A stretch of 64,000 nucleotides of DNA from Klebsormidium nitens (Eukaryota > Plantae > Klebsormidiophyceae), in assembly GCA_000708835.1 (NCBI GenBank), contig DF236992.1, positions 232,916 to 296,915 on the forward strand, given 5' to 3'. This document shows, one piece after another, positions 24,842 through 37,908 of this stretch. The notes under the pieces were generated by a model. The model was not told the DNA's origin. It saw only the letters and a list, made by a program, of their open reading frames with translations, and searched no databases. Every line of letters begins with the position of its first letter. The first letter of the stretch is position 1. Both the position numbers and the translations under genes were made by a program.

Positions 24842-27800
24842 TCACTCCCTCGGTTTCACCAACAGCTTTGGATTCGGGAGCGGCAGGCTCACGAAGCCTT
24901 GGACCTTCGACTGGGGCGCCCCTTGCCCCGGGCTTAGCTCCACTTCAAAGTTCTCCAACAAATGCGACAGGATCGTCCGTGCCTCGAAGAGGGCGATGTT
25001 GCGCCCGGGGCACGCCCGCAGGCCCTGCCCGAACGCAAGCACGAGGCGCTCCTTTCCAACCGGGCGGACGTCCTTCGTAGCGACCACTGCGCAGAAAGCG
25101 AGGGAATAGATTTGGTGGGACGTCATCACCGGGGAACAGGAGCGATGAAGTGGCTGACGCTACGATTGGGGAAACGAAACGACTGTAGGTCGCCGCGACT
25201 CTTGCAAGACAGTAACTTCAGAAAGCGCGAAGGAAAGTTGGTCCTACGGAATATGTGCAGAACTCTGCAGCACTGTTTGGTGGCTGCAACGCTCGAGCTG
25301 ACCATTGTGAGTTTCCGGCCCTTTCACGTAGCATCGAGGAAGACTGCCCACTACAGCCAAATACAGCAGATCAAGTACGACATGGTCCATCAGCCCGAAA
25401 TAACTTCCACAAATCAGTCCTTAAAGGCTGCCATCCGCGTCCGCGGACAAATGAGCAGGGGCCTCGAAGACGGGCACAGGGCTCGAGTACGTAAACGACC
25501 CAAGGGCCGACACCGTACGCAAACCGGACCTAGTCTAACAAGCGAAGTCAGCACAACCTCAAAGGAACCGATGGTAAACTCGGTGAACTCACCCTCCGTC
25601 TCGTCGGACGAACGCGCGGGCGCCTGGCGGACGAAACGCTCAGGGACGAAAGACGAGGCGTCCGGTCCCCAGACCTGCGGGTCGCGCTGCATCGCACCAA
25701 CCGGGATGACAACGGTCGTCTTAGCCGGGATGACGATGTCCCCAATCTGCAGGCGCGTTACGACAGTGTTAGGAAGGGAGCTTTGGAGTTCAATTTCCAA
25801 TTTCCGAAGTGCCGTTCTAGCAGTGCTGCAGGACTTAATGCGGGCAGAATGCTACTTTGCTTTGATAGCCAATTGATATGCCGGACAAAATTTTGAAGGC
25901 ATGGCACGAGAGATACGGATGCAAGATTTTGATGATGTTGGAACTGCAGGAGAACGAGAAGACTGCCACGTCGACAAATGCTTCCGGACCACGGATCCGC
26001 TTCATCCCTCCCTTGCGGTGTTGCACGGCTCTCAGAAAAGGGCGGATGCGAAGGGCCAGAAAGGAAAAGAACTGAACGGAGCCGAGACAAAGTACTAAAC
26101 CATTCCGTCCACCAGATTGAGCTTAATGGAAGCAAACACTGGCTCTGCTAGGCGGACGCAAGCGAGAACCTTCACAGACCCCGGTCCAGAGCCATGGCCC
26201 GCCAGCGCTCTGACCTTGAGCGGCGACTCAAGCTTCCGGTAGATGTTCGGCTGCGGCGGGTGCAGCCGCAGCGTCTCCCAGAGCACCGCGGCCAGGTAGT
26301 CCGCATTCCACACCGCGTCTTCCGTCGAGGCCCCGTCCTCGCACGCGGCCTCCACGTCCCAGGCTGCCTTCGTCTGTGCCTCCGGGTGCCGCGCCAGCTC
26401 GTACAGGGCCCACGCGAGAAGGCTCGCGACCGGTGCGAGGCCCCCGAAGACCAGGGCCGTGACCTGGCCGGAAAGATTTGCATTTTAGGAATAGTACGCT
26501 TTGAATATCGTAAAGTAACCAGCCGGCGAGGGGTGGGGTTGGTTAGAAATACCCGAACCCAGTACAGGTGTGGAGCAGGTGCAAGTGTCAGGGTTGGCTT
26601 TTCCGGCTTACGGTGGAGCTTGCTACACCTAAAGCTCATCAAACTTGAATTAGGGACATACCTGGTCCCCCATCGCCCGCTTGGAACCGATGATTGGAAA
26701 GCCTGACGCGGTCCGCGCGTGTGCCACGTTGCCGATGAAGTCGAGCGCGCGGCCGCCGGAGTAGGGCGGCTTCTGGGCCGCCTGCCCAACGGTCGCCTCG
26801 GCGCGTTTCTCGGTCTCGGCGCGCTCGACGGCGGCAATCTGGAGCCGAGAGGGTTTTGCAGATTCCGTACAAAGGAAAGTTCGGCGGTCTCAATGAAGGC
26901 CAACTTTGACGAAAGGAGAGAGGCCTACCGACAACCCTGCCAACGTTGCAGCTGCTCGAATCGGTTGAGACACTGCTTCTGCACATATCAGTGTCAGGTG
27001 GCCAATAACCTGGACTTCCGAGCGCGCTGGGTCATATTTGGATATGGTAAAAGATGGCACTTTTCACAAGTCCCTAGGCAATTTCACCTGGAGCAGCTAG
27101 GATAGCGTCCAATCTGTCGATAAACATGGTCTTAGCGGCTCTCTCGTTGTGCTTGATACATGGGCTTACGATGTCACAACAAAGAACGGCCTCCTCATGA
27201 GGTTGGGTCCCTTCCCTGGGTGACCAACTCAGCACAGCGGTAACCAATATCACCATTCTCCAGGCACAATGCCTCTTCTTTATACAGTCCGCCAGAGAAG
27301 GCAAAAAAGAGACTGAAACTCCTGCGAACAACACGCTAAAACGGGTAGACCTCGACATCATTCAACATCAGCCTTTGCAAACAGCAAGCCACGTCGGAAG
27401 TCGGACAGTGTTTCCCATGCCCTCAGCGGGTTCACTACATCCCCTTACACAACTGTCCAGCAGATGCAAGAAGTACAGTTCTCAAATCAAACCGGACGAA
27501 CGAAGCAAGAAGAAAGAAGAAGAAGCAACTCAAAAATGTCCAAGTCCAGCTGCAACGTAAAAGACAATCGCTTGGGCCGCTCACCAGGTTCCACGAGATC
27601 TCGCTGAGCCGGAAGATGCTCGCCTTCCAGAGCCAGTAGCTGGGGAACAGCAGGCGCAGCGGGAGGCTCCAGCGGCGCCAGCGGTCGGCCCCCGCCGCTG
27701 CGCGCAGCAGGTGCTTTGCGTAGTTCTTCGCTTCGTTGGCCGTCAACTTCGAGCCGAAGAGGGAGCGGAGGAGCGTTCCGGACGAGAGGAGAAGCGAGTC

Positions 27801-29569
27801 CGCTAGGGCGTCCACCTGCAAGCAACATGGACGTTTAGATCGGTCGGTCGTCGTTGGGTGATGAATACTGGAGGGAAAAAGAGAGGGGGACGGGTGGGGC
27901 AGAAAAGAAGTTAGTGGGGGAGCCGAAGCCGAAAGCTTGGTCCTGATCCTATGCCTTTCGGAAGCACGTGAATGCTGGCGCCCTGAAGAGGAACAATTCA
28001 GCATGAGCCAAGCGAGTGCTTCTCGTTGGACACGCAGACACTTGCATGGAGTCTGAGATTATTGTGGCCCGAGTGCTATTGATTACTTTCAGTACATGCA
28101 TTGACTGTTGCGGATTTGAGTCGAAGTGAGCCGCGTCAAAATCCTCTTGTTAACGATTGAACGGACCACTGCTCTTATCACGAAGCTTAAAAACAACTGA
28201 AGCGACCAAAGGAATGCGAGCACTGCAAACGGGCACCTCAATTCTTCACAGTGAATGCGGCTCACCTCTTTGCCCCCCTCCACTGCGGCATGCCAGCTGT
28301 CTGTGACTGGCCGGACCCCCTCGTCGGCTGCCTCCGCAACAATAGGGTAGGGGTTGCTGGCCCCTACTTCCCCAGAGAACAGTTTGCGCAGCACCAGACG
28401 GAGGTGTCTGCAAAAGAAGCAGAGGAGATGAAGAAAAGCAGGGGGCAAAGAAGGTGGGCAAGGGAAAAGAGGAAACTGAGCCTACAAAGAACTGGATAGA
28501 AGGTGAACGCAAGCATTTGCGTAAGGCTTACATGTCTCGCAACTGATAACGTGCAATCTTCTTGGCGCTGCTCGTTCAGGATACTAATGGGAGCTACCGT
28601 TTAGGGAAGGCATAGTAGGAGGCACGAAAAAGCAGATGCGAAGGCCGCCGCCCTTACTTTCCGTCGTCCGCTTGCTTCAATTGCATGGCTTCTGAGTTCA
28701 GGACGGACTTGAGAGATGTGTCGACAGCGGCGGAGGAGCCAGGCACGGTCTCCAAAATCGCCGTTGCATACACAGGGTTGGCAACGGAGACCCACAGGTG
28801 CTGCAAAAGGCAAAGACACTTTGCTGTTTCTCGTCTGATCCCACTTTCCTTTCTGGAGTAGAGCCTTTGAACCTTAAAATGCCCTTGTGTCAAGAGGCAC
28901 CTGGAAAGGAAGTAATTTGACCTCAGCCGAAGCAGATTATTGCAGCCATTGGGCTTAATCTTCTGATAGACTTAGTGAAGAGGAACCCAAACACAGCCAA
29001 TACCAGCATGATTTTTAACAACAGTCAGAATATGTGAACATGCTACCGTCACCTCCAACTTCTGGTGTAAGTCCTGGTGTATATGCAGGTACCAGTCTGC
29101 ATGATAGGATGAGGGCCTCACAACTCACCACCCACAGGTAAGCTCCGTTATTACCTCTGACACTATGAAGTGGAGGTCTATACTTTGAAACAGAAAGGCA
29201 GTGCCTGCTGATTGCTGGTGGTGCAAGCAAAGGGCAAGAGCATACCTTTCCTATCCAGAACCTTGCAAGGAGTCCGTACTCATGGTGGAGCGCCGACAAG
29301 AAGGGTGTCGGGTCACCCACACTACCACCCCCAGCCATAAAGGCCTTCTTGTGACTCTTCCGCCCCCATCTACCCCTCGAGTCTGGCCCTGGGATGCGTT
29401 CCCCCAGCTTGTGATTCTCAATCCTATTCAAAATGGTGCCGACGATGGTGGGTAGGATGACAAGCAGCAAGAGGAGGGTTGCAGAGATAGTCAGCGCCTG
29501 GGGAAGCTCGGTTGAGTAGAAGTAGTCGACTACGTCCGAGAAGCGGAAGGGTTCGTCCAAAGGCTCCAT
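24842..29569 (-). CDS. Cytochrome P450, membrane-anchored, ~554 aa, with atypical I-helix. Exons 29246-29569, 28658-28800, 28266-28407, 27585-27815, 26662-26838, 26215-26463, 25593-25746, 24842-25086
   Basis: N-terminal TM segment ALTISATLLLLLVILPTIVG followed by IPGP; K-helix WETLRLHPP (ExxR); FVPERF; heme motif FGQGLRACPG. Eight exons join in frame (1665 nt). CYP family not assignable by eye. Confidence 0.92.
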
Positions 29570-30967
29570 GCTGATGTGGTGCACCTGGAGCAAGAGCAAT
29601 AGGTCATTTGCAAAGGCGTAGCCAGCATGTTTGTTGAGGGTGTCATAAAGATACGTAGAAGGGCTTTGATACTGCTTTTCAAGAGTGCTTGGCATGACAA
29701 GTAACAGAAACTGCAGTATGCTACCAACTGCCTCACAGGGCCTTGCGGTAAATCTCCAAAGGGCCCACTGCGATCACACTCATGTACTTTGATTTGGACC
29801 GACGTAATGTTGTTCTGCATAATACATGTCACATTCTGAATTCAAGTTTTGTTGCAGGCCGTATATATTAGTACACGGCAGCATTGCAGCAATTCGTGTT
29901 TGCCAGTCTGACACTGATACACGACGTTCTTGCTTCATTGCGTCTTTGATCTTGGTTACCACCGCAGGTGTTTTTGGCGGCCCGCTTGTTGTTGAAAATG
30001 GTGAGACTTACCTTCAACTATAAGATCAAGGAATGGTCTCCAAAACCGCTGCTCATTGCATCTGTGATGATGACTCAAGCCGCACTTGATCGTTGACTCT
30101 TCAGCATCAATGAATTGGTCTCCTTGCAGCCAGATGGTGCCAACCCCTTTATTCCCCAGCCACCTTTCTGTTCCTAGCTAGCCACGGCGGTCTCAGCTGC
30201 GCCATGTTCTGCACAAAAGTGGTAGAATCGCATGATGCATCATCTCGACTCGTATTACGAGTCGTATAAAGGCCTGATACATGGATGCAAAGCCGGCAAT
30301 GCAGCCAAATTGAAATGCAGAAGCGGGGCAGAAGCGTGCTCTTCTCTAATTTGGCAAGACGGTTGTCATCGAAATTTAGGGCTGGATCTTGCGGTCATCT
30401 TCATGGTTCAGAATAATGTTCATCGGACGACGCAGATAAGCTTCATGAAGCCCCTACTACAGATCGACGACTTAAAGTAGCGTAATACGTGTTCTCAGAT
30501 CTCGCGACAGGGAATGTCTTATCTGATGACCGAATCACATGGTGGAAGACAACGCAGCGTGCACGCCGTAATATCTGCCCTGTCGCCGCGAAACGAAGAT
30601 CACGCCGAGAGGAAGCAATCATTTTGGCGCCAAAAGCTTGTCCTGTAACGCACAGTCGATCTAAAATCAGAAGCTTCGAGAACGTTACAGCCGGAGAGTA
30701 AACCGAAGCACCCACGAGCCGCCAGGAGCGGCGACCACGATTGAATCAGCTCTGGATCTGATGTCAGACGATCATTCATGAGGCATTCCCTTGCCGGTCC
30801 CGGCATGGCTTCCTTCCAACGTTGATACGCAAGCACTGGCAGTGGCATGGCAAGACGGTTGAGTGGACCTTACACCAGCTGGAGGTCTGGGATGCGGTTC
30901 TGCATGCTCTGAAGACCGCCTTCAGCAGGTTGTTAGATAGCAAGACACACATGGGCTTACGTGAAGT

Positions 30968-33900
30968 ATGCCGCAATTGCGGAGCAGCGGACGCCAACTT
31001 CGTGCTGCAGCTGCAAAGGCTTTGGCCAGAGGCTTCGCCGAGCCCAAAGTAAATTCTGGTGACAAGAAGCCACCTCAAGCCCCGCCTAAGAGACAGAAGC
31101 AGGGAGCGCCAATCCAGGAAGACCAACAGGAGAAGAGGGACGGTTGCAAGGACAAGAACGAGTTGCATTGCGGTCCTGCTGCTGTTGTGCAGCTTGGCTT
31201 GCCTGAGACTCTAGATAGTGAAAGTCCAGCCGCAGGAGAAAATCAGGAGTCAGCTGGAAACCAAGATCTGCTTGAAAGATCTCATAGCTCGCAAAGTTCT
31301 TCGAGAGAGTCGTCCTCTGAGGCAGGAAGGGAAGCCAGTGGAAGCGAAGAGAGGGAAGAAATGGAAGAGGAGAGCGAGAAGAAGAGTGGGGACAAGGCTG
31401 CAGCAGGAGAGGAAGAAGGAAACACTGCGCCTCTACCAGAGAGGGTATGTGGCATCCTTGCTTCTCAGTGTGGCATCCTTGCTTCTCAGATTGTCCAACC
31501 TTTGGAGGCAGCAGGATGTAGCATTAGGCACTGTTTCAATGATAGGTTGCTGTCAACTTGGTTCTTCTCTATATACGGCTCCTAACTGGGCTTGTACTTT
31601 GGGTGGAAGCTGTCGTGCCACAGTTAATAGGTTCTTGTTGTTGTTGGCTGCAACCTAATCTACATTCTGGATGCAGGTGCAAGTGGGTGGCTCTCCTGTC
31701 TACAAAATTGACAGGAAGCTTGGTAAAGGTGGCTTTGGACAGGTCTATGTTGGGCGGAGAATAAGCGGAGGAACAGAGCGGATAGGTCCTCAGGCAGTAG
31801 AGGTGGGACCCTTTTCGAAAGAGCTCGTATCTTTTGAGAGCTAATTTGTGGAGGAGAGTGTCATTTTGGTGCGCGTTCATGACTATCTGCTTCAGAGGTT
31901 CTGGAAGACGTTGCATCCAAATTTCTCTGTGCAGCAGAGCACTTGCCTCGAGGAGCGCCTCTCGGTGGTCCCCCTGACTTTCAGGGAGGTCGTTTCTTGC
32001 AGGTTGCTCTCAAATTTGAGCACAGGTCGAGTAAGGGGTGCAATTATGGGCCACCCTATGAGTGGCAGGTGTATGAGTGAGTCAGCTTACGCTGGTTATT
32101 GGTAACAGTTGCATAGCGCGCTGCATGTTGGCTTGTCTCTGTGACGGGTGCATCATCATAATTGGTATGGCTCATGTGGGCATGCTTTTACATTTCTTCA
32201 TGTGGTCATAAGCCGCTTGAGTGCAGGGTTCCGGCTGCTGTATTTTGGACCTTTTCTAAATTGTCTCTACGGACTTCGTGCAGTACTCTTGGAGGGAGCC
32301 ATGGGGTTCCAAGGGTGCACTACAAAGGTCGGCAGGGAGATTTCTACGTCATGGTCATGGACATGCTTGGCCCAAGTCTCTGGGACTACTGGAACTCTGC
32401 AGGGCAAGCGTAAGTTTCTCTGCCTGCAAGCAATTTCATTTATCTTACGAGTACTTATTTTGCTGCGGCCAATTGCAGACTGTTTTAAGTGACGCCTCCG
32501 CTTCAGCTCAAGCTAGACTGCTGTCAGGCTACTTCTCTGGCAGCTTTTGCAGCTGTTGACCGGCCTTTCTTTGCTCCTTTGGTCAATCGCTTTTAACCTC
32601 GTGGCCTGCGCGGAGTTCCAAGCAGCAGCATTCCATCTTGACCCCAATGGAACCGAAGAGCATCGGAACCCAGCAGTGCTATTACAGAAAGTGCCACAGC
32701 ATCCACTATTCAGTGGTGGTTTTGCCGAGCGGAATCGTCTAATTGTCTCTTTTCTGGTCGCAGAATGTCGACGGAGATGGTTGCGTGCATAGCCATAGAA
32801 GCCCTTTCCATCTTGGAGAAGCTCCATTGCAGAGGGTACGTGCCGCTCTTTTTCACGTTTGCCTTTGCGCTGGATTTGGTTCGCTGTCAATGCCTGATCT
32901 GCGTCGAGCATGTGTTCTACTTCAAGTAGAAGACATCGTGCAAAAAAGCAATCATACAGTGCCCTAAATTTGGTAGGAACAAGATTCAAGGATGGGGTTG
33001 GTGACATGCTGCACGAGCTGGTGTCTTCTGCTTCAGCCAATCAGAGTTGCTCTTGACTGCATTTTCGAATAATATGTTGATTAGGCCCAGGAACTCTCTT
33101 GGCTGGATCTGTGACACCAGGGCTAGTAGTATCCACCAAGGCGCCTGCGCTTTTATCGTCCCCTGCACTGTTGCTCTCGACAGCTGCTGATGTCAAGCCC
33201 TTTCAGAGCTGGCATTGGGCTGTGTTGCATGATGCCATCAGCTGATTTGTGCCTAGTTTTGAGCTGCACGTACTCCTTGCAGGTACGTGCATGGTGACGT
33301 GAAGCCTGAGAATTTTCTCATGGGCACGCCTGGCACAGTGGATGAGAAGAAGCTGTTCCTGGTAGATCTGGGGTTGGGTAAGTTGGATGTAGGATTTAAT
33401 TTCTTTATTCATCATTCGTGGCTTGTCAACAATGTAGAGGCTTTCAAGCCTAGCTGAAACTCCAGTTCTGCGCTTGCAACTCAATTTTGCTGTATTCTTA
33501 AGAGATGTGGCTGATGGGTATGAACATGTTCGCTTCATCCCTTTTCTGGTTGCAGATTGATGCAGGGCATGATTGTCTTGATTGGTGATATGCGATTCGT
33601 GATGTTTGATTTTTCTGAGGTTGTGGCCAACGTTGGAAGCGTGGGTAATCTTGCAGGCTGGAAGGCTAGTTTTCTGTTGCTCTGACTTCATCCGACGTCT
33701 CGTGCGTGCAGCAACCAGGTGGCAAGACGAGTACACGGGGGAGCATGTCCAGTATGATCAGAGGCCCGATGTGTTCAGGTACTGCGCCCCGCCACCTGCC
33801 CTGTTGACAACTCTCCCATCTTTTGGCTTGCAGCAACCAAGTGGAGAGACAGCATTGGCGGGGGTCATGTCGACTATGACCAGCGGCCCGATGTGTTCAG

Positions 33901-36900
33901 GTGACTCCTCGAGTCTCCGTGGGGTCCGCATTCGTGCGGCCTGCTGTCGTATGTGTGCTGTGTGCTGCAGGCGCGATTCATTGTGCATGTATGAGTGTTG
34001 ACGCTGACAGCTAAGCTTGACTCTGCAGGGGGACCGTGCGGTACGCCAGCGTGCACGCGCATCTGGGGAGGACGGGGAGCCGGCGTGACGACCTCGAGTC
34101 GCTGGCCTACACTCTGGTATTTCTGTTGCGGGGCAGGCTGCCGTGGCAGGGCTACCAGGTAGGCCGACTGGAGCAGAGCCCGTTGGCGTATTCAAAAGTA
34201 CTGGAGCGAGTTTTGTTGAATCGTTTGCTGGGCATGACCATGTTGTGCAGGAAAAGCACCGAGGGCTGCCCCAGCTTATGCATCTGCGAGTTTTTCTGGA
34301 TTTGTGTTCGGCACGTTTGTTTTAACATCCTGATTTTGCAGGGGCTTGTAACGGTGACTTGACAAGGTTGCAAAGAGACGTTCGGTTTCAGCGATTGAAT
34401 CACCTTGGTCTTTGTTGAGCACCCTCTTCTGTTGCTAAGCGCACAGGTTACCAGCTTCTCAGAGCAGGCAGTCGAGCTGTTCCCTTTCTTGCAGACACAC
34501 CCAAGTGAGTTCCTAATGTGTTGCTCACGTTATCCTGTACCTCCTCCAGGGCGACAACAAGGGCTTCCTGGTCTGCAAGAAGAAGATGGCCACCTCCCCC
34601 GAAATGCTCTGCTGCTTCTGCCCCGCCCCCTTCAAGACCTTCCTCGAGTACGTGGTCAACATGAAGTTCGATGAAGAGCCCAACTATGCTAAGATGATTG
34701 CCTTGTTCGACCACCTGTGCGGCGCCAACATGGCGCTCCGGCCCATCAACACGGACGGGGCCGCCCGCGTCATCTCGCAAAAGGTGCGTCGGTTCTTGCA
34801 GCTACTGTGTTTTGTGCTTCATGAGTTCTGCACAAAGCTCCTGCTGTGGCTTGCGTTCGGGTAGTTCTGCTACTATGCGCAAAGCATGTCCATTGTTTTA
34901 AGTGAGCTGGGTTTCTCTTACCATAATTAGATGCCTGTCCGGATTTTTAGATTCGTTTGATGTTTGTCCAGCATAACTGAAACAGCATCCGGTATACTCA
35001 GCTTGAATATCAGCTTGTAAGGGCATATACGATAGCAGCCCTTCAGCCATGACCGATGCACCATCTTCTGGAGTCTCTAACAGCAGGGATCGGCTGTACA
35101 AAGATAAGCCCCTAGCACAAAGTGTGGCGCACTTTACTATGACTAAATGCTGGCTTTGAATGCATCTTTTCTTTCTCTTAGGTCGGACAGAAGCGGGCCC
35201 GGCTGGCGGTGGAAGAGGAGGAGGACGACGACCAGCCCAAGAAGAAGATCCGGCTAGGCATGCCCGCCACCCAGTGGATCACGTGTTACAACGCCAGGCG
35301 ACCAATGAAGCAAAGGTGCGTCCACAAGTGCTTCGCTTAGTAATGTCTGTGCCTAGTCAGCAGATGCTTCTGCTTATGCGAAGAGTCTCACAGTCGGCAT
35401 TATTCAGTGCTGTCCTTTGGGCTCAGTGGAGTTGGTTGTTGCTTTACAAACTGGGTTGCTTTTTTGGGCTCAGCTTCTCTTACTGCATAGTTGCTTATGT
35501 CACTGCCGAATGACCTGGACTGTTGGTTCAGCGGATAAGCACTTGCACCAGAAGGGGTCAGTTTTTCAACTTGTGCGTTGCAATCGCCTGTGGCAACGCA
35601 CTGCAATTGCTGTTGAGGCACTCGCTCGTGTGTCTCTCAAGATTGCCTTGCTTAAGTGCCGCTTTCCTGTTTCTGCAGGTACCACTACAACGTTGCGGAC
35701 TCACGGCTGGCGCAGCATGTGGAGAAGGGCAACGAGGACGGCCTGAGCATCAGCAGCGTGGCATCGTGCCAGAACTTGTGGGCGCTCATCATGGACGCGG
35801 GGACCGGCTTCACGGCGCAGGTCTACGAGCTGGCGCACGTCTTCCTGCCAAAGGTGGGCTCCCGGCAATAAGAGCCGTGTAGACACCGGCAGCCATGATT
35901 GTTGCATGGTCCAAAGTGCGAGAAGCGCTGACTTTGCTTCTTGAAGTCTTTCGCAGCTGTCGCTTTGCCCTTGTTCAGGGACTAGTGTCATGCAGGCGGT
36001 AGCTAGGAAAGGGCATCAGAGCGCGTTTAGATCTTTGTTTGAAAAAGGCGCATGAAAAGCACCTGATACTTTGTTACAATAGGGAGTCATTTGCTCTTTA
36101 CAAGACCTTTTGGTTCTTGTAAAACGGGGACGAGATGGAAGTTTGGATGCTGAGTCTGGAGTCTCCAGAAAGAGCTTGGGGTCGTTAAGAAGCTTGGGAT
36201 TCGTTGCTTACTTCTGTGTGGGCTTGTGCAGGAGTGGATCATGGAGCAGTGGGAGAAGAACTACTACATTAGCGCCATTGCCGGGTCCAACAACGGGAGC
36301 TCGCTGGTCGTCATGTCAAAAGGTGAGGGCAAGGATCACAAACAAAGCATTGCACGTGACAACGTTTTTCTGGTTGATGGGACCTTCTCGCCGAGCAGGG
36401 GGATTGTTTGCAATCAGTGTTGTCGTCTCAAGTTCCTGTCTTTTCCGCAGGTCTTTGTTTGTCAAAATAAGTTTTTGTCTAGTCGTCAACTATCCGTGGC
36501 TCGATCATCACCTGCTTATGCGCTTGGGCAGGTTTGCGAGCTTCAGCATCTTTTAACCCGCCGATTGCATGTGTGCCAGGCACGTCGTACACCCAGCAGT
36601 CGTACAAGGTCAGCGACTCCTTCCCCTTCAAGTGGATCAACAAGAAGTGGCGGGAAGGCTTTTACGTGACGTCCATGGCCACTGCTGGCAGCAGATGGGG
36701 CGTTGTCATGTCCAGAAACGCGGGCTTCTCGGACCAGGTTGGTCCCCAATCGTGCTCAGTGGGCTGGTCGTGGCTTACTAGCAAGACAACTTTTAGGAGT
36801 CGAAGGATGTTTATTATTCAGGGTTTCAGTCGGCTGGAGTGAAGAATCTATCAGAACGGTGGTTCGATCAGCATATTTAAGAACGTTTTGGCTTTTGGCT

Positions 36901-37908
36901 CGATATAAGCGGAGGGGGAGCACGGCAGAAGAGGGCTTGCTGGGGGCAGAGGCTGTCTCATGGTTGATGATCATCTGCTGTCCTCTTCTGCTCAATTGGA
37001 ATGGTTGAAAGTTTTTACTCTTAGCAAGGATACCAGTCCCAAATCTGCAAGCACGACACACAGCTTTCCACAGCTCGCAAGCAAGCGCGAGTCTTGTTCC
37101 CCGAATTCTCTCGCAGCTTGATGAACCGTTTGGACAATCTGCGCAGGTGGTTGAGCTGGACTTCCTGTACCCCAGCGAGGGAATCCACCGGCGATGGGAC
37201 GGCGGGTACCGGATCACCTCCACCGCCGCCACCTGGGACCAGGCCGCATTTGTGCTCAGCATACCGCGGCGGCGGCCAGCGGACGAGACGCAAGAGACGC
37301 TGCGGACGTCCGCCTTCCCTAGCACACATGTAAAGGTCAGAACTAGTCTGGTTTTAATTGGAATGAGTGTTTTTTACCGGCAGATGCTCCATCTCTGCAA
37401 GTCGGTTGCAGCTCGGGGAACTTGATCGGACTCCTTAATTCTATCAAGGCGATTGCAGTATCTGGTGAATGGAGGAGGGGCCTTCGCTCTGTGCACATGC
37501 CTATTGCAAAACTCACTGTACTGCATCAGTGGGCAATCACCAGGACAAAATATGCGGTTTAATCTGCTTCTCAGGAGATCGTTGTGCCCCGTCGATCGAA
37601 GTTATCGGCACTGGTTTGGTTAGGAAGCCCATTCCTTACCGTTTGAAGTAGAGCTCACCTCGTTGGTTCCTAATCTGCCGTGGCAGGGAGTCCGAGAAGG
37701 CTCTGCCAAATGTCGTGATTGGGAGGCGTTAATATCTTGCCAAAATCCCCACGAGACTCATTATAAAGGGGTCTCGATGTTCCGAGGAAGCATAGAAGCC
37801 CTTTTTTCTCTCGACGACTTTGCTGACCTGTGCCCCCTTCTCTTGCAGGAAAAGTGGGCAAAGAACCTGTACATTGCCGGCGTCGCCTACGGCCGTACTG
37901 TGTCATGA
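30968..37908 (+). CDS. MLK: MUT9-like / photoregulatory protein kinase (plant casein kinase 1-like, MLK/PPK/AEL family), ~735 aa. Exons 30968-31444, 31677-31802, 32003-32076, 32284-32409, 32764-32835, 33283-33377, [33712-33778 OR 33834-33900], 34029-34158, 34550-34783, 35182-35315, 35679-35853, 36232-36322, 36580-36737, 37147-37335, 37849-37908
   Basis: N-terminus MPQLRSSGR; [15 protein letters not shown]; [24 protein letters not shown]; [12 protein letters not shown]; LVDLGLA; [33 protein letters not shown]; family-specific C-terminal domain ([41 protein letters not shown]...YGRTVS). Phases are consistent when exactly one of the two bracketed exons is used. Confidence 0.96.
31448..31489. repeat. 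Perfect 21-nt tandem duplication at the start of MLK intron 1
   Basis: tgtggcatccttgcttctcag x2. Confidence 0.85.
33712..33778 (+). other. Kinase activation-loop exon copy A (67 nt; (A)[21 protein letters not shown](R))
   Basis: Acceptor cgtgcgtgcag and donor gtactg; phase 1 in, phase 2 out. Confidence 0.85.
33834..33900 (+). other. Kinase activation-loop exon copy B (67 nt; (A)[21 protein letters not shown](R))
   Basis: Acceptor ttttggcttgcag and donor gtgact; same length and phases as copy A; 49/67 nt identical to A. Confidence 0.85.

Noticed and set aside
27074-27361. Possible extra P450 exon (LADCIKKR...FIDRLDAIL)
   Set aside because: Exons 27585-27815 and 26662-26838 already join in phase into a plausible sequence of normal P450 length, and I found no convincing splice pair for this segment.
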